Of a DNA stretch of 64,000 nt, positions 33,918 to 45,900 are shown piece after piece. Position 1 is the stretch's first letter, and the number at the start of each line of letters is the position of its first letter. Under the pieces are notes generated by a model. That model was not told where the DNA came from. It was given only the letters and a program-made list of their open reading frames with translations, and did no database searches. Location of the stretch: the NCBI GenBank assembly GCA_025558095.1, contig JAIVFI010000005.1, forward strand, positions 248,001-312,000, in the 5' to 3' direction. Both the position numbers and the translations under genes were made by a program. Source of the stretch: Hyaloraphidium curvatum SAG 235-1 (lineage: Eukaryota; Fungi; Monoblepharomycota).

Positions 33918-35345
33918 ATGGCGTCCGCGGCGGCTGCGACGCGTACCGTGCCGCGGAATCCGTTCGTCACCACCAATCCGCCAAAAGGCCACTCGCCGCC
34001 GTCCACATTCACGGCGCAGGAGGTGATGCTGGCGAACCGCAACTACGGGCAGCCTTCGGAGACGCTGCGGCTCGCCCGGACACCGACCGGTCTCCACTAC
34101 ACTCTGAATCATTTCGACGTCCATGTCTTTGAGGAAGACGCGGACTCGTGGGAGCTGGAAGTCGGCGGCATGGTCCGCAGTCCCCGCCGCCTCACGCTTC
34201 ACGACATCCGTGATGCTGCGAAGCGGAGTGGCTGGGAGCGGACAATCAGGGTGGTGTTGGAGTGCGCCGGCAACGGAAGGGCATCGTTGACAGCCGCGGC
34301 ACCGCCCGAGGACACCGGCCTGACTCTAGACGGAGGCTTCGCGCCAAAGTGGCCGAGCATGCCCTGGACCACGACGGCAGCGTCGACTGCCGACTGGACG
34401 GGCATGCCTCTCTCTAGGCTGCTCGTCGACATGTGCGGCGGGCTTGAGGAATCCGCAGTGGACCTTGTCTTTTACGGAGCCGACTTCGGCCACGACGGAA
34501 AGTGCAACATGCACTACTACGCCCGGAGTCTGCCCGCGGACATGTTCGGCCCCCCGGATCCAGCCAAGCCGCGGCCTTCGCCGGACGATATCCTCGTATG
34601 CTGGGCCATGAACGGCGCCCCGCTTCTCCCGCAGCACGGCTTCCCGCTGCGGCTCGTCGTGCCGGGATTCTACGGCTGCGCCTCCGTCAAGTGGTTGACC
34701 TCAATATGTGCGATCGGAAGCCGGTTCCTCGGGCACCAGATGATGGGCACGTACATAACGCGCCAGCGCGCGCCGGCCGTGGATCCGGGCGTTCCGGTGG
34801 ACTTTATCCGCGTCAGGAGCCTCTGGGCGCCTGCGGGGGTGGTGGATTGGTACACCCGGACACGCCTGGTCTTTGTCAATCTGTCGGGTGCGACCCAGGT
34901 CGGCAAGGCCGAGGACTTTGCTCTAACGGGCAAGGCCGTCCCCGCCGAGCACGTCGTGGTTCCCAAAGAAGACGTGGCGGCGATCACGGTGCGCGGACGG
35001 GCATGGGTCGGATCGCCGGCGGTCCCGCGGACCCGCGTGGTCAGGGTGGAGGTTTCGTCCAACGGCGGGGAAACATGGGACGCCGCTGAGCTCGGCAGCG
35101 ACTCCGTCCCACCCCCCGATTCATCTTCGGACCTCGTCACATTCTCGTGGGTTCCGTTCTCGTACGATTACAAGGTCCGTGTGCCGGATAAGGCGGAAGC
35201 TCCCTTGGACGATTCGTATCACAGGCTCCTGTGCCGCGCGATCGACTCGGAAGGAAGGGTGCAGCCGACAGAGAGCCCATGGGACTGGCAGGGCTTCGCA
35301 AAGAACGGGGCGGACGCGCTCGAGTTCTGGCTCAGATTCATCTAG
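33918..35345 (+). CDS. Sulfite-oxidase-family molybdopterin oxidoreductase (no heme b5 domain, intronless)
   Basis: LECAGNGR, WTGMPL, MNGAPLLPQHGFPLRLVVPG.YG..SVKWL, RVEVS..GG.TW, CRAID..G.VQP. Confidence 0.9.
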   Translation: MASAAAATRTVPRNPFVTTNPPKGHSPPSTFTAQEVMLANRNYGQPSETLRLARTPTGLHYTLNHFDVHVFEEDADSWELEVGGMVRSPRRLTLHDIRDAAKRSGWERTIRVVLECAGNGRASLTAAAPPEDTGLTLDGGFAPKWPSMPWTTTAASTADWTGMPLSRLLVDMCGGLEESAVDLVFYGADFGHDGKCNMHYYARSLPADMFGPPDPAKPRPSPDDILVCWAMNGAPLLPQHGFPLRLVVPGFYGCASVKWLTSICAIGSRFLGHQMMGTYITRQRAPAVDPGVPVDFIRVRSLWAPAGVVDWYTRTRLVFVNLSGATQVGKAEDFALTGKAVPAEHVVVPKEDVAAITVRGRAWVGSPAVPRTRVVRVEVSSNGGETWDAAELGSDSVPPPDSSSDLVTFSWVPFSYDYKVRVPDKAEAPLDDSYHRLLCRAIDSEGRVQPTESPWDWQGFAKNGADALEFWLRFI

Positions 35346-35371
35346 TCGGAATTGACGCAGCTAAACAGGGC

Positions 35372-38300
35372 TCATAGCGATACACGGATGTCCGCCTCCA
35401 TGCTGCCCCGTCCCGCATGGAATTGTTTTTCGGCCCGGTCCCCGGCCTCGAGCATCATCTTCTCCATCTCCCACAGTCCGTTCCCGCCCACGAACCAGCT
35501 CGCGAGCGTGGATGCCGCCGTGCGCCCGAGGCTCACGAGGTTCTCCTCGATCGACTCGTTGTCGGCGCTCAGGAACGACAGCCAGGATTTCTGGACAGGA
35601 TATATGCGCACGTCCACGACCTCGGGCTCGGGTGCCGTGGCCAGCTGGTTCAGCACGTCCCTGACCTTGTCCGGAAGCAGCGTCGTGCGGGCCCTGAGCC
35701 CCAGGTCGACCGCCGCGGCGATCGCGGCGTGGGTGCCGCCCAGCTCGTCCACGAGGCCGTTCTCCTTGGCCTGCTCCCCCGAAAAGACGCGGCCGCCCGT
35801 CACGGCGTCCAGTTTCCGCTCGCGCTCCTCCTCCGGCAGCTCGCTCCAGCCGCGGGCATCGGCGACGCGCTTGCGGAAGACGCGGTACATGCTTTCGATG
35901 CTGCGCTCCGTGCGCTCAATCTCCTTCGCGTCCAGGTCGTGGAAGATGGAGGCGAACTTGGCCGAGTCGGTGGTCATCACGTCGTCCGTGGTGACGCCGA
36001 ACTTGTCCAGGAATTCGGGTGTGAGCCACGGGCGAAGGGAGGCAACGCCGATGGAGCCCGTGATCGTGCCAGCTGGACAGGAGACTTGTCAGCGAACTCA
36101 GACCAACAACCCGCGCTCGACACCCACGCATTGCGATGATCTTGTCGGCGCCCGATGCAGCATAGTAGCCGCCGCTGGCGCAGACGTTGCCCATGCTGGC
36201 CACCACGGGCTTGCCCGTCGATTCCCTGACGTTCTTGACTGCCTCCCAGATCGTGTCCGAAGCCAGCGCGTCGCCGCCGCCAGAGTCGATCCGCAGCACG
36301 ACCACCTCGACGTCGTTGTCCCGCGCGGCCTCGGACATGGCCTTGACCACGTGGTTGCCGCCGCCGGGGCCGTCGCCGCGGCTGATGTTGCCCGTCAGGT
36401 ACACGAGACCGACCACCATCCGGTTCACGTTCAGGCGCTGCGATTTGGCGCCGTCGATGGCGCCGGCCCCCTTGGCAGGCACCAGAGGGTTGGGGAACCA
36501 GCGCTTCTTGTTGCGAGCGAGCTCGTAGTCGCGGGCCACCTTGTACCTGGACACCAAGTACTGATTTAGCCCCCACAGCGAAAGGATCACGAAAGTTCCC
36601 ACCGGTAAATCGACATGGTGTTCACGTGATCTTTCTTTGGCCCCCAGGTCGGGAGAATTATGCCGCCCAAGGACCACGGCGCGCCCATCTCCTCCCGGGC
36701 CTTGCTCCGGACCTGCCCCTCCCAGACATCGCCGAGGAACCAGTCGACAATGTCCCTGCGGTACTTGAGCACGTCGATGAAACCGGCCTTCAGCGCCTCC
36801 TTGGCCGTCATCGGGCCGCGGTCGATGATCTTGCGGACAAATCCGACCGATTCCTCCATCTCCTGCTCGGTGAGGAAGGCGTGGGCGGGGAAGAAGGAAG
36901 CACCGATCCCCGTGATCGGCCCGTCCTTGACCAGGCTCCTGGGCTCGTGACCGCCCACGACCGCACTGGCCTTGATTGCCTCCAACACGTGCTCTGGAAC
37001 GCCCGCCTTGGCGTTCTGCGCAGCGATGGCGTAGAGATCCGAGACCTCCGGTTCCCCCCGCTCCTGCAGCTGCCCTTTCTCCAGCTGCGTCATCGTGGCA
37101 TCGTGATCCACGAGCCGGAGGCGGCCGGCGCGGCCCTGGGCGATACCAGCCACGAACTGCTCGTTGAGGTTCGAGAAGAGCGAGAGCATGTTGGCCTTGA
37201 TCTCGGGGCTGTACTCGGTGCCCTGGACATTCGAGAGGACCGACTTGTACTGCTCCCTGGTGAAGGTGCGAACCTGGATCTTCAGCCGGTCGAGGAGATT
37301 GCGGAAGAACTGTAACGTAACGAAGCGAGACGTATTAGCGGAGACCCATCGATCACGGGAACCGACGTACGGGCTGGGCGCTTCCAAAGCCAAACAGCGG
37401 CAGGCTAGACATCGGCTCGGCGCGGATCTCGTCGAAGACGGAGGCAAGATAGTATCCAATCTGTGATTCTGCGCCCGGGATCAGTCAATGAGGAAAGATG
37501 GTTGAGAGCACAAGGTACCAAAAGTATCCGTGTACGCAACCATGAGGAAGTTGCCCTCGCCAAAGCGTTCCGCTTTGGCAGCCCTGAGGTTCATCAGAGC
37601 CTCCCTGATTTCTTGGGCCTGAGCAAAGCCGATGCCACCGCGCGCCGAGAACTGGCCAGCGGAAGCCAAGTCGAGCACCAGACCTGCCCCGCGAGATTAG
37701 GAAACTATTGCCACGCTAAGGAGGTCAGAAGAGCCACACCAGTAATGCGGTCGTCCGATTCAATGTCCTTGATCGCCTGAAGGAAGTCGATGAGGGAGAT
37801 GAACCGCTCGGCCATGCCAGAGATCGGGTTGCTCCGCGCGAGGGCTTCCCGAAAACCGCCGATCGGTGGTTGCTCGTCAATCGCCAATTTCTAGCCGAGC
37901 CGAACAGCTTTAGAAGGGTACCTCCCAAACGGCGGCCGAACCCACGTCAAGCCGCCATCGAACGATGGTTCCGTCCCGAACGCGCAAGAACTCGCGCTGC
38001 CGCAACTGCGCCTGGGCGATCCTCAGGGCAATCAAGGCAAAGATGGCGAGGCGAAACACGCGACCGGGCTTCCATCTCGCGTTGAATGCCTCGAGACGCG
38101 CCGAAGCCCGCGCGAAGATGCCAGGGCGCTTCGGCGGCGGAGGCGGGGGTGTTCCGGCAGCCGCACCAGCGACCGCGGGCGCCTCCGGGGGAGCCGCGGC
38201 AGCACCACCCTCGGGAATGGTCGCCATAGCGCGGCGGGCCGTGGGCGATGGGCTCCACCCGCTGCCGATCCGAGCTCTCCACGCCCAGGTCATTCTTGTG

Positions 38301-38389
38301 GTCGCATAACCCAAAGGACGCGACGTTGCTGGCTGCAGCGCGGCATTCCCCTGCCGGAACGTCGCCGGCGGCCTGCCGAAGCCGCTCAT
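35372..38389 (-). CDS. sppA: Signal peptide peptidase SppA (S49), probably mitochondrial
   Basis: VVLRIDSGGG, ASMGNVCASGGYY, TITGSIGV, GRVFSGEQA..GLVDELGG, QYKS; Arg-rich N-terminus. Confidence 0.9.
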
Positions 38390-38627
38390 GGCAGCAGAAG
38401 CGGAGATTCGGTGCGGCCGGGTCTTGCGCGTCGTCCCGATCTCCGCAAGTGATCTCCGCGTCCAATCTGCCGCTTCACGTCGTTGGAGGCGTCGAAACCC
38501 AAGGAAAGCAAACAGATGCAGCGCTCGTTTCGTTAATGGTATCGATAGATACACTGACTGCCTCGTTCAACCTCCAGCGTGTCACCGTGTCCCAGCTCCA
38601 TGTCGTAGCAACTCAACCACAACCCGT

Positions 38628-39300
38628 TCAACCGAGTAGATACAGCCGTTCTCCGACGTCCGCGACCAGCCAATCCAGACCAGTGAGGAGGTTCTGTCCC
38701 GTGTACGCGGAGCATCCCTGGATCGCCCAGTGGTGCCCCTTCAGCATCTCGGCACCCTCCTCAAGGCCCAGCAACCTCGCGATCTCGTCCACGGTCCGCG
38801 CTCCCGGCAGATCCTGCTTGTTGGCAAACACCAACAGCGATGCCCCGGCCAGCCGCTCTTCCTTGAGCAGCTCCCCAAGTTCCGCCCGCGCGTCCGTTAT
38901 CCGCGGGTCCGACGCGTCCACGACAAAGACGAGACCGTCGGTGGACTCGAAATAGTTGCGCCAGTACGGTCGAATCGTCCGCTGGCCGCCAATGTCCCAG
39001 ATGTTGAGCTTGTACCTTTGACACAGGTTCAGAACGCGAACCCCCGGTTGGGACCCCGCAGAGCCCACCCTTTGTGCTCCAAGGTCTCAATGTTGAAGCC
39101 CAACGTGGGAGAGATGGTGTCGATAGGCATGCCCATGATCCGCTTGCAGATCGTCGTCTTGCCCGCGTTGTCCAGACCCCTTCAGAGGACGACGAGTCGG
39201 CACGCATCCGGAGGCCGAAACGCGTCCAAACCAACAGAACGAGGATCCGCATCTCCTTCTCCTTTTGCCGCGCTTTTCGGATGATGGTAAGCAGGCCCAT
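38628..39300 (-). CDS. ARL2: ARF-like GTPase 2
   Basis: [47 protein letters not shown]; two introns. Confidence 0.95.
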
Positions 39301-39465
39301 GGTGTGGGGCTGCCGACGGAATGGAAGGCTCGAAGGACCGCGGTGCCGTCTCGTCATCACAAGTTTACCGGTCGACGATTCCCGTTCATCCCGAAAAGCT
39401 ACAATCGCGCACGATGACCATTGCTAACTCCTACCACCAGCGAAGAATGTGTCCATCGTTTGCGT

Positions 39466-40333
39466 TCACTCCTTGTTCTTGGCAGCGCCGACGATCTGCT
39501 CGCCGACTTCACGACCCCTGGCGCCCACGAAGCCTTGGTTCCCGGGGCCGGCGGCCGATCCCTGGCGCTTGACCCCGGTGCCGTAGGCGTAAACCATTGT
39601 GCCTGAAGTACCAACTCGGTCACTTCCGATGCTTCGACGTGCGATCGCACGCTTACCGCCGAGATAGGCCGAGTAGAGGGCTCCGGCAAATCCAGTCATG
39701 CTAGCCATCGCGGTAGCGGCGGTGGGCTCGAAGGAGGGACGGCCACGGCGAGCTGCGATGTTGAAAAGGCTGATCGACAGGGCCGTGACGTTCAGCAGAG
39801 CGTGCGTGAACGCCGTGTCACGTTTCCCTTGGATGTTGAAGTATTCGGCAAGGCCGGTCAGGGCAGCAGGGACGGCTGTGGCGACCGCGAGCACGTGCAT
39901 CCAGTAGGAGCTATCAGCAGAAGGCGGCGATCGCAGGGGAGCCGGTGGGTGATCGCGAGATCCACGTGGACGAGGAAGACAAAAGTGCGTTTAGATCGAG
40001 CCATGAGCCGGCAGTTGGACACGTCGACGACCCACAAAGGACCGATGGCGAGTCCAGAGCCCCCGAAAATGATCTCCTGACCAGGCATTTTGCCCATGAG
40101 CTTGGCGTACCCATCGGCGCCAAATGCCGTGAGAAAGAAGGCGAGCGGGACGTGAACCTGGCAAGCTCGGTCGTCAAGCGTCGCTGAAGGTGGTTAGAGA
40201 AGTCACGCACAAGCATGGGGTGAAGGGGGTGGGGGTTGTTGAGCACGTCGCCGCTGGCCAGGCGGTGGAGGAACGAGGCCGTCGGCGGGATGGCGCTCGC
40301 GGCGGTGCTGGAGGCGGAGCTCGAAGACGACAT
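39466..40333 (-). CDS. DUF2231-type membrane protein
   Basis: HPLHPMLV(H)..; PAALTGLAEY; HALLN; SAYLGG..MVYAYGTGV; introns. Confidence 0.75.
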
Positions 40334-40510
40334 TGCGAATGACTGCGTTTGTGTAGCGGTGATGGGGCGGGACGACGCGCGTGTTTTTGAAGTTCGGACA
40401 ACGATGAGGTGGCACCCTGGTCCGCGAAAACGGATCGGATCGGGGAAGCCCCTACAAAAACACGCGCACATCGAAATGGCGCTTCAAAAGAGCTTCGAAG
40501 CAAGTTTGTA

Positions 40511-42510
40511 TTAATCCGCAAAAGCAAACACTTCGACCTCGTCCGCCACAAACATCCCCCCGATGCCCTGGCTCCCGTCCAGCGGGGTGTTTGCGAACGT
40601 GTGGCAGGGCCCCGTCGATCCTTCGAGGTCTACATCGAGGGTCAGCGCCGCTCGGGATCCGCCTCCGCCGATGCATAGGGACGTCTTGGTCGCCAGAACA
40701 AAGAGGCTTGCGCTTTCGGGCGTCGCAGAGAAACGCCGACCGAGGAAGATCGGGGAGGGCATCGCAGATCCCGGAGCGGCGGATGCGGAGCTCGTGGGCT
40801 CTGACGGTGCCGGAGCAAGCTCTGTGAGCAGCGATCGCTCGTCGGCCGTGAGCACGGCCGGCGCCTCGGTGTCCTCGCCGATCCCGCGCAGGGCGTTCTC
40901 GTTTGCGCTTCCTCGCAAGACGCTTTCCACGCTGCCGAGCTCCCTGCCGGCCCTCGCCACGGCCTCGGCGGCGTACTTGGGATCCACTGCTTCCCCAACA
41001 TGTAGGCCAACCCATGCCCACATCTTGGCGGCGGGTTCGAGCGTGAACACGAAAGTCTCGCCAGTTCCCCCGTATCGGGCCTTGTTATCCGGCACCGGAT
41101 CCAGGGAGCAGGAAATGAATGCCCCAAAGACCGAAGAGCCGGTACGCACGACCAGGAGAAGCGGCGAACGCTCGGCAACCCGATCGTAGAGTGTGCCGAG
41201 CCGGAACCCGTGTTCCCCGGCCTTGAAGACCAGTTCCAGAGGCCGGGAGTTGAGCGCTTCGGGGATCCAAGACCAGAGGAACACCCAGGCATCCTCCTTG
41301 ATCACGTCTGCCGCCGGTGGGGCTGCGGTGCTTGGCGTCGCACCGCTGCCCGGAATGGACGGTGATCGCAGCTTGGGCTGCAGCCTCCGCGCAGGTCCGG
41401 CATCCTCGAGGTTTTGCGTGCTCACGGAAATTGATGGCAAAGGGGGTAGATCGTCGCGGGAGAAGGAGAAGCCGAAGGCGCGCTGCGCGAGCACCGCCGG
41501 CGGGCACCGCCAGACCGCATCCGGGCTGCGCGGCGAGAAGAGCCGAGTCACCTCAGCCGGCGTTGTGCATGCCAAGATACGTTCACGGGCGCACGAGACG
41601 ACGGCTAGGGCGTAGCGGAGCAGGATCTTGTCCCCTTCAATGGTCCAAGCGTCAGCAATGCGCAGCACCGACGCTGCCGGCAAGACGCCGAGGAAGAAGC
41701 CCGAAATCCAGCCCCCGAAGAGCTTCTCGAGCTCCCTCGGCAGGGCAGGCGACTCCCGTCGCGGATCCATCGCTGCCAAGTGGGTGTGGATCGCGGGAAG
41801 CTGCGCGAGCATGAGCTTGGAGAAGGCTCTGCCGACGGCGGCGGCATCGCGCGTGCTGACGGGCAAGCAGCGGAGTCCTTCCCGGAGCGCGCGGCCACAG
41901 AGGTAGTTCCGACCCAGAGTCTCCGTCACCCAAAGCACGTCGCCGGGATCCAGGTGGGTTAGAAGGATCGCGGCCAGGGGGGCAGCGGCGGGGAAGAAGT
42001 GGAGCGTAGGAAGGTCGTGCTGCAGACAGCACAGAACATGGTCCACCGCAGTCCATCCTGCTGCAGTTAGCATGGGCAGGGAGGTGCGCGGGAGATAGCC
42101 CCCGAACAGGGGCGGTGCCGGGGATACGGGAACGTTGGGTCCATGCGCCCGGGTCAGTGCGGCTGCAAAGTCGCGTTCGTGGGCTTCGACGGCACGAAGA
42201 TGTGAGATCAGTCGCATCTGCCATTCACAGACAGCTCTCTCCCACCTGGTGTCCGATCCAGGCCCAGCATGACGGACCATGTCTTTGCCCGAAGCGGCGG
42301 AGTTGGGCAGCCCCTCCGCACCAGAGCTTTCAAGGCTCCCGGCTTGTTCGGTGTAGCACCCAATAGAGCCACCGCATACTCGGAAGGCGCAACCTGTCAG
42401 AAGGCCGAAGCACGATGGGTTTCGAGCACGCTCAGTTGCCAGGGCCAACCCACGTCCAGCCCCGGCTCGAAGGGCAGCAAGGCCGGGTCGACCAGCGCGC
42501 CGAGATCCAT
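40511..42510 (-). CDS. TBC + TLDc domain protein (TBC1D24-like)
   Basis: Spliced LKALVRRGCP..LRAKTW; IADAWTIEGDKILLRYALA; TLDc motifs HGFRLGTLY, FGAF, GTGETFVF, CHTFANTPL, EVEVF. Confidence 0.85.
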
Positions 42511-42991
42511 TAAGATGCCCTGGAGTGCAAGCAAGACTCAGATTGGCCCCGTAGCGACGGGAACCCGCAGATTGATTTGGCGAAGCCGTGTTTGGAGGTT
42601 TTTTCGTAGTGAAGCTCTAACCGCAGTTTTTGTGATCGACCGAGTCCTCCAACGGACACTCTTTCACCCAGACCCGCCCCGCGGAGCAGGGACCGCCCGT
42701 CCCCGCTCCGACCCGCCCGCGACCGCCTTCGCAGCGGCACGCAGGCGCGGTCACCGCGGGCGCCCGGCACCCCGCCCGGCGGGGTCCGCCGCGCGTGCCG
42801 AAGGCGGCGGGAGGGCAGCGGAGCAGCGACAGCGGCGGGGGCCCGCGGACCGCGGCGCCGCCCGTTGCAGAGCGCGGAGGCGCAGAGGCCGCGGAGGGAG
42901 GCGGCGGAGGGCGGCACCCGAGGAGGGCGCCGAGGACAGCAGGGGCCGGAGGGCAGCCAGTTGACGGCCGGGCGGATCGCCCACCGCAGCG

Positions 42992-45900
42992 ATGGGTCTC
43001 TTCGGCAGTGCGTACAGCGCACGTCGCCGCCGCGGATCTGGCGCGCTGACGGCCCGTTTGTGCGCCGGCCGGCGCCGTTTCCCCGCCCGCGCCCGCAGCC
43101 TTCACCGAGTCCAAAATGCCCGTGCGGCAGGTCAAGTCGGTGCAGTTCGGCTTGCTGTCGCCCGAGGAGACGGTGGGCGGGCCCGCGGCCGCGTGTGTGC
43201 GCCTGATGGGGTGCCTGACGCGTGCAACCGTTTCGGACGCGTCGCAGGCGTCCATGTCCGTGGCCCGCATCGAGCACGCCGAGACCTACGAGGACGGCAA
43301 GCCGAAGACGGGCGGCCTTGAGGATCCGAGGCTGGGCACCGTGGACAGGAACATCAAGTGCCTTTCGTGCGGCGAGGACTCGTTCAACTGCCCCGGCCAC
43401 TTTGGGCACATCGAGCTCGCCCGGCCCGTGTTCCATGTCAGTGAGTATCGCACAGACTTGCTGGGACGGCAAACGTCCAGTTCCTGATCTGCGGGGCAGG
43501 TCTCATCGGCAAGGTCAAGAAAATCCTGGAGTGCGTCTGCTTCGAGTGCGGCAAGCTCAAGGTCGACGCCTCGAACCCCCTCTTTGCACAAAAGCGCCTG
43601 ATCAAGGACCAGAAACGGAAGTTCAAGGAGGTCTGGGACTTGGCCAAGGGCATCATGGTCTGCGAGGGCGGGGACGAGGAGGAGGACGAGTTCGGGGCGA
43701 ACGGGGATGCGCCAAAGAAAAAGTCCCACGGCGGTTGTGGCGCCGCGCAACCGAAGATCCGGAAGGATGGCTTGAAGTTGCTGGCCGTCACGACCAAGGT
43801 GGACGACGTGGGTGGCAGTCGTGCGGGCAAAGGATGTGCACGCTTCTGACCTGGCGCGCTTCGTGCAGGAATCCGGGCCGCGGCAGGACAGAAAGGTCAT
43901 CACTCCGTCCAAAGTCCGCGAGGTTTTCCGGGTGATCTCGGACCAGGATTGCCGGGACATGGGCCTGAGCCCCGAGTTTGCGCGACCCGAGTGGATGCTG
44001 GTCACGGTGCTTCCCGTTCCCCCGCCGCAGGTCCGCCCTTCGGTTTCCATGGACGGTGCATCCGGCGGCATGCGGAGCCAGGACGACCTGACCTTTAAGC
44101 TGGGCGACATCCTCAAGGCGAACATCGCCCTGAAGCGGCACGACGCCGAGAACTCGCCGGCGCACATCACGCGCGAGTTCGAGGAGATCTTGCAGTACCA
44201 CGTGGCCACGATGGTGGACAACAACATCTCCGGCATGCCGCAGGCCATGCAGAAGAGCGGTCGGCCGATCAAGTCGATCCGCCAGCGGCTGAAGGGCAAG
44301 GAGGGCCGGATCCGCGGCAACCTGATGGGCAAGCGCGTAGACTTTTCCTCCCGCACCGTCATCACGGGCGACCCAAACATTTCCATCGACGAGGTCGGCG
44401 TGCCTCGGTCGATCGCGCGGACGCTCACGTTCCCCGAGATCGTGACGCCGCACAACGTAGCGCGGCTGCAGGAGCTCGTGCGCAACGGGGCGCTGGAGCA
44501 TCCCGGCGCGAACTACATCGTGCGGCAGTCTGGGGACCGGATCAGCCTCAAGTTCGTGCCGCAGGCCGGGGACCAGCCCCTGCAGATCGGCGACACGGTG
44601 GAGAGGCACCTGCAGGACGGCGACTACGTCATCTTCAACCGGCAGCCCTCTCTGCACAAAATGTCGATGATGGGCCACCGCGTGAAGATCATGCCCTTCT
44701 CCACCTTCCGCCTCAACCTCTCCGTCACGACGCCGTACAACGCGGACTTCGACGGCGACGAAATGAACCTGCACGCCCCGCAGTCGTACGAGACCCGGGC
44801 CGAGATCAAGGAGATCATGATGGTCCCCCGGCAGATCATTTCGCCGCAGGCGAACAAGCCCGTCATGGGCATCGTGCAGGACACGCTTTGCGGGATCCGC
44901 AAGTTCACCCTCCGCGACAACATGATGACGCGCGACATGGTGATGAACATTTGCATGTGGATCCCGGACTGGGATGGCCAGCTGCCTCCGCCTGCGATCT
45001 TGAAGCCGCAGCCGCTGTGGACGGGCAAGCAGCTCATGAGCATGGTCATCCCTTCGGTACGCTCCGAGGAGCGCGTCGTTGCATTGTATGCTTAACCTGC
45101 CCGTTCTAGCGCATCAACGTCACGGGAAAGCACTCGACGCACCCCGACGATGAGCGCGACAACATTTCGCCCGGCGATACCCAGGTTGTGATTGAGGACG
45201 GCGTCGTCCTCGCGGGCATTTTGTCGAAGCGGACCGTGGGCAACTCGGCCGGCGGCATCATCCACGTCATCATGAACGAGTACGGGCCGGAGATGGCTAA
45301 GAAGTTTTTCAACGGCACGCAGCGCGTCGTGAACTACTGGCTGCTCCAGGTAAGCTGCCGGCCCCTGCGGTGCGCCCCTGCTTCCCTCCTAACCTTGCTC
45401 GAAAGAACGGCTTCTCGATCGGCATTGGCGATACCGTCGCCGACAAGGCGACGATGCACCAAATCAACCAGATCCTGAAGCGCGCCAAGGAGGACGTGGG
45501 GGAAACCATTGCGCGGGCGCAGCAGAACCAGCTCGAGCCCCAGCCCGGTATGACGATCCGCGAGACGTTCGAGAGCGTGGTGAACAAGGTACGTAAGGAA
45601 ACGAAACCCGCAAAAGGGCTTTGTCTCACGCGGCATGTGCGCGAAGATCCTGAACAAGGCGCGAGAGGACGCCGGCAAAGCCGCGACCAAGTCCCTGGCG
45701 CCGTTCAACAACGCGAAGCAGATGGTCGACGCCGGCTCCAAGGGCAGCGAGATCAACATTTCGCAGATGGCCGCCTGTGTGGGGCAGCAGAACGTGGAGG
45801 GGAAGCGTATACCCTTTGGCTTCCGCCTGCGGACTCTGCCGCACTTTACGAAGGACGACCAGTCGCCCGAGTCGCGCGGTTTCGTCGAGAACTCGTACCT

